Positions 24,465 to 37,563 of a stretch of 64,000 nt of DNA are shown here, in pieces. Position 1 is the first letter of the stretch; each line of letters begins with the position of its first letter. Location: positions 20,165 through 84,164 of the forward strand of contig JBECUI020000045.1 of assembly GCA_040954595.2 (NCBI GenBank). Reading direction: 5' to 3'. This DNA is from Balanoglossus misakiensis (taxonomy: Eukaryota > Animalia > Hemichordata). The notes beneath the pieces are model-generated. The model had not been told where the DNA came from, did not search any database, and saw nothing but the letters and a program-made list of their open reading frames with translations. A program made the translations under genes and the position numbers.

Positions 24465-27400
24465 ATGAGTACATATTATTTTGTAACAGATACAGGCGGT
24501 GCCATTTTAGCGTGGAACTCCGAGATACCTCACTTTGAAACATTAGGCAGGAGTTTAGTTGCCTATGGCGGCAGGGGTGTTGATGAGCTGTATGTAGGCA
24601 GGGCGACGCAGGCCAGTGTCGCATCGCTTGGAGACGGGGAAGACCGTGTCTATCTTACAGGCAATTTCGCAGATTATACGCAAACGGTCGATGGTTCTAC
24701 CTATACCTTCTCGCGCACGGTGACGATAGACAGCAATGCATACGAAGAAGTGATAACGGTATCAGGTAATACCGACAGCGACCGTCTTTACTTTGCCGAT
24801 GGCAATGTAGAGTTGAGTTTCTCTAATTTGTTTGATCTCATAGGCGGCGGTTATCGGGACATCACGGCAGACCGATTAACAGGGGAAGGCAGCCCAAGCT
24901 ATCCACCCACCCCACCTGCTGCTCGTGCGAATGATGAGAATGAATGGGTCTTTACAAATGATAATGAGGGTGCGGTGTATGCCTTTGACTTACCCGGTAG
25001 CAAGTGGACTACCTATGGCGGCAGGGGTGTTGATCGTATTTATGTAGGCAAGGGGACACAGGCCAGTGTCGCATCGCTTGGCGATGGGGAAGACGGTATC
25101 TATCTCACGGGCAATCTCGCAGACTATACGCAAACGGTAGCTGGTTCTACCTATACCTTCTCACGCACGGTGACGATAGCGGGCAGGGATTACGAAGAGC
25201 AGGTAACGGTATCAGGTAATACCGACAGCGACCGTCTTTACTTTGTCGATGGCAATGTAGAGTTGAGTTTCTCTAATTTGTTTGATCTCATAGGTGGTGG
25301 TTATCGGGACATCACGGCAGACCGATTAACAGGGGAAGGCACCCCGGGCTTGGGTGTTGGTCTTACGATAAGCGATGATACCACCGCTGCTGTCACAAAC
25401 ACTGATGTTGTCTTCACCTTCACCTTTGATGAGGCAGTCACAGGGTTTGATATAGATGCGATTACAATCACCAACGGCACGGCACGCGGCGCACTCACAG
25501 AGGTTACCACAGGCATACAATATACCTTAGCGGTGACACCGACTGCGAATACACAAGGCATCTTAAGGCTCAGCGTTGCAGTAGGTACGGTCTTTGCAAT
25601 AGATGACGCAAACAAGGGCAATCAGGCGGCAAGTGCTACGCAGGCGATAGACACTCAAGCGCCTATCGCAATCCTATCAGGTGACATCGTACCTGTCGGC
25701 AACCTCACCATGCAGTTTGATGAGGCGGTCACCTTAGGCACAGGCGATATCACACTTTATAACCAAGCAGATGGTAGTATAGCCGCCGCTATCCCCATCA
25801 ATGATGCCACGCAGGTAGGCTTAAGTAATGACGGCAAGACGCTGACCATTAACCCGGCTGTGGATCTTGTATTAGGCAATGGCTATTATGTTCAAATACC
25901 GTCAACCGCCATCACTGATGCGACAGGTAATGCCTATGCCATTACAGATGCCACCACTTGGGCATTTACCACCACCGGTCTTTCTACTACTGTTGTATGG
26001 CAGGACGATACTCACAATGACCCCAGCACAGACGGCTATATCAATGCCGCAGAGCTAAACACCGTAACACTGCAAGGCATATTGACGAATGTCGGCGATG
26101 CCACCGATGTTAGCATCACCGCCATTACTTTTAAGGCATTAAGCGGTAGCGCAAATGACATCAGCTATAGTGCCGCCCTGCCTGCCTTATCAGGCGATGC
26201 CACCGGCAGCACTTGGACCCTAGATAATGCCGCGATAAGGGCCTTAGGTTTGGTAGAGGGCGAATCCTATCGGGTTGAGGTAACGCTATCAGGCACAGAT
26301 ACGAGCAACAACACCATCATAGGTAGCGGCAGCCATGATGACCCTATTATCATAGACACTGGCGCACCGACCACGACAGTCAGTATAGATAGTATCAGCG
26401 ATGATAGCGGTGATGCAGACTTTATCACCAATGATCGTGATGGCCTGACGATAACAGCCACCTTAAGCGTGGCATTAGCAGCAGGTGAGCGTCTGGAGTA
26501 CAGCAGCGATGATGGCACGACTTGGACGGATATTAGCAGTTCTGTTGCGGGCATGAGCATCAGCCATACGGATGATGCACTGACAGCTACAACAACGATA
26601 CAGATGCGTGTTGCCGACACCGCAGGCAATAGCGCGCCTGCGACAAGCCAGCTTATCACCATAGAGACCGGCACACCGACCACGACAATCAGTATCACCG
26701 GCATCACTGATGATAACGGCGCTGCTGCAGATGACTTTATCACCAATGACGATAACGGCTTGACGATAACAGCCACCTTAAGTGCGGCACTAGCAGCAGG
26801 CGAACGTCTGGAGTACAGCACTGATGGTGTGACTTGGGTGGATATCAGCGGGTCTGTTGCGGACACAAGCATCAGCCATACGGATGATACACTGACAACT
26901 ACAACAACGATACGGATGCGCGTTACCAACACCATAGGCAATAGCGCCCCTGCGACAAGCAAGCTTATCACCATAGACAGCAGCGCACCGACCACGACAG
27001 TCCGTATAGACAGTATCACTGATGATAGTGGCGATGCCACAGATGACTTTATCACCAATGACGATGACGGCTTGACGATCACAGCCACCTTAAATGTGCC
27101 GCTACGGGCAGGCGAGCGCTTAGAATACAGCAGCGATGATGGCACGACTTGGACGGATATTAGCAGTTCAGTGACGGACACAAGCATCAGCCATACGGAT
27201 GATGCACTGACAGCTACAACAACGATACAGATGCGTGTTGCCGACACCGCAGGCAATAGCGCTCCTGTGGCAAGCCAGTTTGTCACCATAGACAACAACA
27301 TACCTGCTGCCACAGTCAGCATAGACAGTATTAGCGGTGATAGTGGTGATGCAGACTTTATCACCAGTGACAATGACGGCTTGACGATAACAGCCACCTT

Positions 27401-30400
27401 AAGTGCGGCATTAGCAGCAGATGAGCGTCTGGAGTACAGCGCTGATGATGGTAGCACCTGGACCGATATCAGTGGGTCTGTTGCGGACACAAGCATCAGC
27501 CATACGGATGATGCACTGACGGCTACAACAACGATACAGATGCGCGTTATTGACACCATAGGCAATAGCAGTCTTGTGGCAAGCCAGCCCATCATCATAG
27601 ATACCACTGCCCCGACAGCAATCTTATCAGGCGACATCTTGCCTACCGACAGCCTCACCCTGCAGTTTAATGAGGCGGTCACCTTAGGCACAGGCGATAT
27701 CACGCTTTATCATCAAGCAGACGGTAGTACGGCAGCCGCGATCCCCATCAATGATGCCACGCAGGTAAGCTTAAGTGATGATGGCAGGACGCTGACCATT
27801 AACCCGACTACTGATCTTACAATAGGCGGCAGCTATTATGTGCAAATACCGTCAACCGCTATCACTGATCTAGCAGGCAATGCCTATGGCATTACAGATG
27901 CCACCACTTGGGCATTTACCGTCACTGGTCTTTCTACTACTGTGTTATGGCAGGATGGTGCTAATAATGACCCCAGTACAGACGGTTATATTAATGCCGA
28001 AGAGCTAAACACCGTAACACTGCAAGGCGTATTGACAAATACCGGCAATGCCACCGGCATTAGCATCACAGCCATCACCTTTAAGGCATTAAGCGGCAGT
28101 GCAAACGACATCAGCTATAGCGGTGCTATGCCTGCCTTGTCCGATGCCAGCGGTAGTACCTGGGTCTTAGATAATGCCGCGATAAATGCCTTAAATCTAG
28201 TAGAGGGCGAATCCTATCGGGTTGAGGTAACGCTATCAGGCACAGATGCGGGCAGCAACACCATCACAGGTGGCAGCAGCTATCACAATCCCATTATCAT
28301 AGACAGTGCCCTACCTGCTGCGACAATCAATATAACTGGTATCAATGATGATAGCGGCACCGCAGACTTTATCACCAGTGACAATAATGGCTTGACGATA
28401 ACAGCCACCTTAAGTGTGCCATTGGCAGCAGGTGAGCGCTTAGAATACAGCACTGATGGCACGACTTGGACGGATATCAGCGGGTCTGTGACAGACACAA
28501 GCATCAGCCATACGGATACCGCCTTGGTAGGTGAGGGTGAGACCACGATACAGATGCGCTTGACCGACACCGCAGGCAATAGCACACCTGCGACAAGCCA
28601 GCTTATCACCATAGATACCACAGCACCGACCACAACAGTCAGTATCATCGGTATTAGTGATGATAGCGGTATTGTAGGCGACTTTATCACCAATGATAAT
28701 AACGGCTTAACGATAACAGCGAGTTTAAGTGCAGCACTGGCAGCAGATGAGCGTTTGGAGTACAGCACTGATGGCACGACCTGGACCGATATCAGCAGTT
28801 CAGTGACAGGTACGAGAATCAGCCATGCGGATGCCGCCTTGACCCATGAGGGTGAGACCACGATACAGATGCGCGTTGCCGACACCGCAGGCAATAGCGC
28901 GCCTGCGACAAGCTGGACCATCACTATAGATACCACAGTACCGACCACAACAGTCAGTATCATCGGTATTAGTGATGATAGCGGTATTGTAGGCGACTTT
29001 ATCACCAATGATAATAACGGCTTAACGATCACAGCCACCTTAAGTGCGGCATTAGCAGCAGATGAGCGTCTGGAGTACAGCACTGATGGCACGACTTGGA
29101 CCGATATCAGCAGTTCAGTGACAGGCACGAGTATCAGCCATGCGGATGCCGCCTTGACCCATGAAGGTGAGACCACGATACAGATGCGCGTTACCGACAC
29201 CGTAGGCAATAGCAGTCTTGTGACAAGCCAGCTTATCACCATAGACAGCAGCGCACCTGCCACAATAGTCAGCAGTATAGACAGTATCAATAATGATAGC
29301 GGTGATGCCGCAGACGACTTTATCACCAATGACAATGATGGCTTGACGGTTAACGCCACCTTAAGTGCGGCATTGGCAGCAGGTGAGCGCTTAGAATACA
29401 GCACTGATGGCAACACTTGGACGGATATCAGCGGGTCTGTTGCGGGCATGAGCATCAGCCATACAGATACCACCTTGGTAGGCGAGGGTGAGACCACGAT
29501 ACAGATGCGCGTTACCGACACCATAGGCAATAGCAGTCTTGCGGCAAGCAAGCTTATCACCATAGATACCACGGCCCCACTAGCAACCCTATCGGGCAGC
29601 ATCCGACCGACCGGCGACCTCACTATACGGTTTGATGAGGCGGTCAGCTTAGGTGCGGGTGATATCACGCTTTATCATCAAGACGGTAGTACGGTAGCGA
29701 CTATCTCCATCAATGATGCCACACAGGTGGGCTTAAGTGATGGCGGCAAGACGCTGACCATCAACCCGACTACTGATCTTGTATTAGACAATCGCTATTA
29801 TGTGCAAATACCGTCAGGCGCCATCATGGATGCGGCGGGTAATGCCTACACCATCACGGACGACAGCACTTGGGCGTTTAGTGTCATCGGCTTTTCTACT
29901 ACGGTTATATGGCAGGATGGTGCTAATAATGACTTAGGTGCAGATGGCTATATCAGTGCCGAAGAGCTAAACACCGTTACCTTGCAAGGCGCATTGACAA
30001 ATACCAGCAATATCACCGGTATTAGCATCACAGCCATCACCTTTAAGGCATTAAGCGGCAGTGCAAACGACATCAGCTATAGCGGTGCTATGCCTGCCTT
30101 ATCAGGCGATGCCAGCGGTAGTACCTGGGTCCTAGATAATGCCGCGATAAATGCCTTAAATCTAGCAGAGGGCGAATCCTATCGGGTTGAGGTAACGCTA
30201 TCAGGCACAGATGCGGGCAGCAACACCGTCACAGGTAGTAGTCATAGCGATCTTGTCGTCATAGACAGCAGTGCACCGACCACAACAATCAGTATCACCG
30301 GTATCAGCGATGATAACGGCACTGCCGCAGATGACTTTGTCACCAATGACAATGACGGCTTGACGATAACAGCCACCTTAAGTGCGCCATTAGCAGCAGG

Positions 30401-33400
30401 TGAGCGTCTGGAGTACAGCACTGATGGCAACACTTGGACGGATATCAGCGGGTCTGTTGCGGGCATGAGCATCAGCCATACAGATACTACCTTGGTAGGC
30501 GAGGGTGAGACCACGATACAGATGCGCTTGACCGATGCCGCAGGCAATAGCACACCTGCGACAAACCAGCTTGTCACCATAGACAACAGTGTACCTGACG
30601 CCCCTACCTTGTCCTTGACAACCGACACAGGGGTAGACGGCGATAAGGTCACTATGGATGGCACGATAGCAGTTGCCGGATTAGAGCCGGGCGGAACATG
30701 GGAGTATTCGGTCAATACGGGCAATACTTGGCAAAGTGGCAGCGGTACCGATTTTGTTGTGCCGGAAGGTGAGTATGGCATTTTGGATATTTGGGTACGG
30801 CAGTTTGACCGTGCCGGCAACGAATCAGACGCGACCCTATTTGAGCAATTCACCGTAGATACCACGGCCCCAACCGTAGACACAATCGTATTAACCGGCG
30901 AGGATGCCCAAGGCGCAAGCAAGACTGATCTTGCGACAGGTGATATCATTGTGATCACTGTTACGATGAGCGAGGATGTCACTGTCACAGGCAGCCCTCT
31001 TTATACTATTGACATGGGCGGTCAATCTAGGGTTGTTGCGTATGATGCCGCCGCTTCAAGTGGCAATCAGTTGGTATTTAAGTACACCATTGCCAATACG
31101 GATATCGATGAAAGCGGTGGCATTACGGCAGCTACCAATGCCCTTGATGTATCAGGGGTTACTACGGTACAAGATACCGCAGGCAATGATGCGGACTTAA
31201 CTCATACAGAGGTCACAGTTGATGATAATGCGATCACCGTCAATAGTACCTTGCCCCCATCAAAGATAACCGCCCTTAGTTTCCCCAAACGATGGCCCTT
31301 ACGGCATCGGTGATGTTCTTACCGTTACCCTAACTGTCCAAGACGATGGTGGTACGCCCTATGATGAACTCACCGGTACGATAGGCGGCCATGTTGTCGG
31401 TAACTTACAGCGGACAAGCAACACCCAATATACCTTTGATCTGACGATATCAGCAGCAGGCAAAGACTTTGCCGCAGATGAGGATATCACGCTTGGTCTT
31501 TATCTAGGCCGCGACGGCACTGCCGATGATGCGGATAATTTTGCCGTATATGCGACACAGATAAGCGGGAGCAATGATGCCATTGATGCTACCCCACCTG
31601 ATGCACCGACAGCATTGGCGCTTGCTGCAGATGATGATACCGGTATTGCGCAAGACGGTATCACGAGCCAAACCGATAATCTGACCATCACAGGCACGGC
31701 TGAGGCAAACAGCACGGTGACCTTATACGGCACGGATGGCACAACCGTGCTCGCAACCGTCACGGCAGAGGCAGACGGCAGCTTTAGTGCCGATGTGACG
31801 CTTGCCGCAGGGGAGTATAGCATCACGGCTGCTGCGACCGATGCGGCAGGTAATGTCGGCGCGTCAAGCGACCCGTTTGCGCTCACGATAGATACTGCAA
31901 TACCCCGTCTTGACTTAGATGCGACATCTGAGAGCACCGCCTATGTTGCTGATGGGAGCTCTACCACCCTGCAAACAGGGATTGCTATCAGCGATCAAGC
32001 AAGCGTGCGGGATGACAGCTATATACCCCCGCAGGCGGCAGGTAAATTAGGCAATGGTGAAGGCGGCGCGATATTAAACAACCCCTATGATGTTGATACG
32101 GTGGTCATAGACGGTAAGACCTATGCGGTAGTGCCGGCACTTCATAGCAACGGCATACAGATTGTTGATATCAGCGACCCGGCAAATCCTACTCCTGTGG
32201 GCCGGCTTACGGATACTGCCGGTAGGGAGTTAAGCGGTGCCGCAGGCGTTAAGATCGTGACCCTTACCGATGCGACCACCGGCACAGCTAAGCCCTATGC
32301 GGTGGTGGCAAGCCATGGTGATGATGGCGTACAGATTGTTGATATCAGTGACCCGGCTAACCCTGTGGCGGCAGGCACCCTGCTTGATGATGCTAATACG
32401 GAATTAGACGGGGCACAGGGTATTGATATTGCGGTCATAGACGGCAAAACCTATGCGGTGGTGACAGGCTATGTCGACGATGGCGTGCAGATCATTGATA
32501 TTACCAACCCGGCAGTCCCTACTGCTGTAGGCAGGCTTGCTCATGGTAGCGACGGCAGTGTATTAGACGGTGCCCGTGATGTTAAGGTCGTGGTCATCCC
32601 TGATGCCGCAGGTAATGACAAGGCCTATGCGGTGGTGGCAGTTCGTACTGGAAACGCCTTACAGATTATTGATATCAGCGATCCGACTAACCCTACCCCT
32701 GTCAGCAATCTGATTGATAATGCCGACAGGGAACTAGGCGATGCCTATGGTGTTGCTATCGCGGTCATAAATGGTGCGACCTATGCGGTGGTGGCAAGCA
32801 TTATTGATGATGGCGTACAGATTATTGATATCAGCGACCCGGCTAACCCTGCCGCGGTCAGCCGTTTGATGGATACCGCAGACAGGGCATTAGACGGTGC
32901 CACTGGCGTTGATATCGTCGTCATCGGTGATGCGACCTATGCGGTGGTGACAGGCTATGACCCCGCTAAGCCCGGCGTACAGATTATTGATATCAGCAAT
33001 CCGGCTAATCCCATCGCAGTGGATGCCTTGTTTGATAATGCCGACCTGGAATTAAGCAGGGCGATTGGTGTTAAGACCGTGGTCATCGCAGGCAAGGTCT
33101 ATGCGGTGGTGGCAGCTTCTGCCGATGATGGCATACAACTGATACAGATTAGCGATGACAGGAATGGTATACAGAAGATTGATATCACCGTATCGGGCAC
33201 AGGCTTTGCCGGCACTGCCAATGAGGCATTAGCGCATGACGACGGCACGCAGACGCAGCGCTTGTTCTCATTAGGGGCAGATCAAAGCCTGACTAATCAG
33301 ACCATCGGTACTGTCGCAGGGCTGTCGCTTGCGTGGACGGTTGCTGCCACCGGAAACTTGACCGTCTCTAAGACAGACGGCAGCGCATTAACAAGCGCAG

Positions 33401-36400
33401 AGACAAGCGAGATCATAGATGCCTTGCGTTATCAAGACGCCTCAAGCAGTCACGATGAGCGAGTTCAGTTTGCAATGGTCTTAACGGATACAGCGGGCAA
33501 TGCCTCTCATTTACATATTGCCACGATAATAGTCAATGATCTAACGCCCGCAGTGGTTTCCGCAAGCCTGCCTGATGCGGCGATGCAGGTGGGTGATACG
33601 GTCACAGTCACCATCACTATAGATGCAAATAGTATCAAGGCAGGTGAGACCTTAAGCTTGGTTGACGGCAGCCATGTCAACGGCTTTGCCTTAGGAAACT
33701 TACAAAAGCTCACAGATACCTTATATACGGCAAGCTTCACCGTGATCGATGGTGGTACCGATAGGGCAGCAGACGAGCATATCCCGCTTTCCATACAGGT
33801 TCAGAATGAAACGGATACACAAAGCGCGGTATACAGCACCCTGATCGTTCAGGTCAATGATACCATTGATGCTAATCTACCGGATGCACCGACAGGGATT
33901 ATGTTAGACACAGCAAGCGATTCGGGTATCAAGGGAGATGGTATCACCAACCAAACCACCTTCACTATCACAGGCACAGCAGAGGCAGGTAGTACGGTGA
34001 CCTTATACGGCGCAGCGCAGGCAACAACGGTTGCTCAGGCAAACGACAGCTTTAGCATTACAATGACGCTTGCCACAGGGGAATACATCATCACGGCGAC
34101 AGCGACCGATGCGGCAGGTAATGTCAGTGCGGCAAGCGACCCGTTTACACTCACAGTAGATACCACAGCACCGAGTATTGACCTAGATACGACATCCGAT
34201 GGTGGTGCGTATTTGGCTTATGTGAGCACGATTGCTTTGCAAACAGGGGTTGCCGTAAGCCACACGGCTGCCATAAGCGAGGACATACAAGAGATCACCA
34301 TCACCCTATCAGGCAATGGCTTTGGCGGCACTGCCGATGAGTTCTTAGCGCATGATGACGGCACGCAGATACAGGGCTTGTTTGCATTAGCGGCAAATCA
34401 AAACGACACTGACCAGACCATCGGTGCCGTTGCCGGTCTTTCCTTGAGCTGGCAGGCTGCGACAGCAACCTTGACTATCTCTAAGACAGATGCCACTACA
34501 TTGACCGCCACAGAGGCAGGCCATATCATAGATGCCCTGCGCTATCAAGACGGCTCAAGCAGCAACGGTGAGCAAATTAGTTTTGCGGTGAGCGTAACTG
34601 ATGTGGCAGGCAATACCGCGAGTGCATCTACTGCCACGATAGCAGCCAATGATCTAAGACCCGCAGCGGCTTCCGCGACCTTTCCCAATACACCGATGAA
34701 GGTGGGTGATACGGTTACCCTCACCATCATGGTAGATAGCAATAGTATAGTAGCAGGCGATACCTTGAGCTTGGTTTCCGGCAGTCATGTCAACGGCTTT
34801 GCCTTAGGAAACTTACAAAAGATCACCGATACCTCATATACGGCAGACTTCATCGTGACTGAGGGCGGCGCTGATGTGGCAGCAAGCGATCCTATCTCGC
34901 TTTCTATACAGCTTCAAAATGGGGCAGGCAATAATAGTGCGGCATACACCACTGCGATTAGCCAAGACAATGATGCCATGACGCGAACTCACCGCCGGCC
35001 CCCGCAGGGCTTGCGCTTGCCGCCGCAGATGATAGGGGTATCGCAGATGACGACGATATCACGAGCCAAACCGATAATCTGACCATCACAGGCACGGCTG
35101 TGGCTGGCAGCACGGTGAACTTATACGGCACGGATGGCACAACAGTGCTCACAAGCGCCACGGCAGGGGCAGACGGCAGCTTTAGTGCCGATGTGGCGCT
35201 TAGCGAAGGAGAGCATAGCATCACGGCAAGGCAGACCGATGCGGCAGGCAATATCAGCACGGCAAGCGACCCGTTTATACTTACAATAGATACCACAGCG
35301 CCTCTCGTCAGCTTAGATGCGACATCCGATGACGGCGCCTATGTCGCTGATGCCGGCCCTGCGACCTTGCAGGCGGGGGTTGCTATCAGCAAGCAGGCAA
35401 GCGTACGGGATGATAGCTATGTGCCTCCGCAGGCAGCAGGAAAATTAACTGATAATAGCGAAAGGGAACTAGGTAGCGTCCGTGACGTTGATACCGTCGT
35501 CATAAACGGTAAGACCTATGCGGTAGCGGCAGCTTTTAATGATGACGGTGTACAGATTATTGATATCACTGACCCGACCACCCCTACGGCAGTGAGCAGC
35601 CTGACGGATACTGACAGCAGGGCATTAGACGGTGCTGCCAGCGTTGATACCGTCGTCATAGACGGGGTGACCTATGCGGTGGTGGCAGGTTCGGTGGACT
35701 ATGGCATCCAGATTATTGATATCAGTGATCCGCACACCCCTGTGGCAGTCAGCCAGCTTACGGATACTAGCGCACGGCATTAGCCGGTGCCCGTGGCGTT
35801 GAGATTGTGGTCATAAATGATGCGACCTATGCGCTGGTGACAGGCTTTCATGACCACGGCGTACAGATTATTGATATCAGTGATCCGGCTCACCCTACCG
35901 CGGTAAGCCGGCTTACGGATACCGCAGGCACGGCATTAAGCGGTGCCTATGACGTTAAGATCGTGACCATCGGCAACACGCCCTATGCGGTGGTGACAGC
36001 CCGCTATGACAACGGCGTGCAGATCATTGATATTAGTGACCCGGCTAACCCTGTGGCTGTGGGCGCAGTCACGGATACTGCCAGCAGGGCATTACGCGGT
36101 GCCCGTGGTGTTGATATCGCGGTCATAGACGGGGCGACCTATGCGGTGGTCGCAAGCTATTTGGACAATGGCGTACAGATTATTGATATCAGTGACCCCG
36201 CTAACCCTACCGCGGTAAGCGCACTCATGGATACCGCCGACAGGGCATTACGCGGCGCGGAGGACGTTGATATCATAAGCCTCCCTGATGTAGCGGGCAC
36301 CGTCAAGACCTATGCGGTGGTCACAGGCAATTGGGACCAAGGCATCCAATTATTGATATTAGTGACCCGGCTAACCCTATCGCAGTGGATGCCCTGTTTG

Positions 36401-37299
36401 ATACCGCCAACACGGCATTACGCGGTGCCGAAGGCGTTACAACCGTAGTCATAGCAGGCAAGCTCTATGCGGTGGTGGCAAGTTCTATCGACAACGGCGT
36501 GCAGCTGATACAGCTTAGCGAGGATAACGGTATGCAGGATATTCAGATCACCCTATCGGGTACCGGCTTTGCCGGTGCTGCCAACGAGGCATTCGCGCAT
36601 GATGATGGTACGCAACAGACACAGCTCTTTTCATTGGCAAGCAATTACTTTGCCATAGATACCACGATAGGCGAGGTGAGCGGTCTGTCTGTCCGCTGGC
36701 AGGCTACGACAGCAACCTTGACTATCTCTAAGACCGACGCCACTGCATTAACAAGCGGCGAGGTCAATACGATCATAAATGCCCTGCGCTATCAGGACAA
36801 CACAAGCAACAACGGTGATCAAGTGCAGTTTGCAGTGACCTTAACAGATATAGCAGGCAATCCATCAACGGTCACCACAACGATCACTACCTCTGATACG
36901 GCTACCACCACTGCCGATATGGATACCGTCCATACCGTTATCGTAGATGCAAGCAATATCGCCTCGCTGACTGCTACGGATGCTAGGGATATATTTGATT
37001 ACGGTGCTGTAGCAATAGGCGATTCTATCATTGACGACTTTGCCGTAGGTGCGCGCGGCGACCTGTTAGATCTGGCAGACCTATTAGACTACGACCCGAA
37101 CACAGCAGGCAAGGATGATCTCAATGCCTTTTTGTCTGTGACCGATACATCGGCTGCCGATGGCGGCGATGTCATACTCGCTATTGATGCCAATGGTGAT
37201 GGTAGCGGTGCAGACTTTAGTATTACCTTAAACGGTATCGGTAGTGCAGGCGGGCTTACCTTAGCCGACCTAAGAGACGATAACCTCATCGTCGTATAG
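24465..37299 (+). CDS. Giant Ig-like-repeat/LVIVD beta-propeller T1SS-type adhesin-like protein, paralog 3 (~4,280 aa when 4 indels are bridged)
   Basis: ORFs 24465..31313, 31615..35082, 35100..35783, 35807..36448 and 36331..37299 are collinear with the continuous paralog-4 ORF. Breaks are at ~31283 (ttccccaaac vs ttcccaaac), ~34978 (gccatgac vs gccattgat), ~35772 and ~36349 (atccaattatt vs atccagattatt). Same N- and C-terminal domains as the other paralogs. Confidence 0.87.
25360..31900 (+). repeat. Ig-like stalk (Big_12-, Big_5- and Big_13-like modules plus ~100-aa DDSG..DFIT.D.DGLTITATL repeats), repeated near-identically at ~38460-44990 and ~53830-60380; shorter version at ~6050-7985
   Basis: Recurring motifs TFTFDEAVTGFD, LTLQF.EAVTLGTGDITLY...LTINP..DL....YYVQIPS.AI.D.AGN, LEYS.DG.TWTDIS.SV and ITGTAEA.STVTLY...LA.GE..ITA.ATDAAGNV. 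Family names are by-eye resemblance. Confidence 0.8.
32017..33168 (+). other. 7-bladed LVIVD-repeat beta-propeller (paralog 3, A)
   Basis: Seven repeats of L.GA..V.....I.G.TYAVV.....G(V/I)QI(I/V)DISDPANP; LVIVD (PF08309)-like by eye. Confidence 0.8.
35414..36531 (+). other. 7-bladed LVIVD-repeat beta-propeller (paralog 3, B)
   Basis: Seven blades across two 1-nt indels; loops FND, SVDY, FHDH, RYDN, YLDN, NWDQ, SIDN. Confidence 0.78.
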
Positions 37300-37563
37300 A
37301 GGGATATTGCCAAGTAGGGGGTTTCTTACCCCTACGCAAGCACCCCCAAGCAATAGCCTTGCTATTATAAGGCATGGGCTTGTCGTGTTTACATACAAGG
37401 CACACCCCCTCAATACAAGCGCTTATTCAAGTTCTTGTATTTATCATACAGATTTGAGACAATGAAACACATTTACAAAAGTAGCCCATTATACACAGCA
37501 ATATGCTTGGTATTGATCAAGCAAACGGCGTGATGCAATAAACATTAGAGGAGACGATTACCT
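37300..37563 (+). repeat. Conserved ~263-bp intergenic spacer, copy 2
   Basis: Direct comparison with 24203-24464. Confidence 0.92.
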
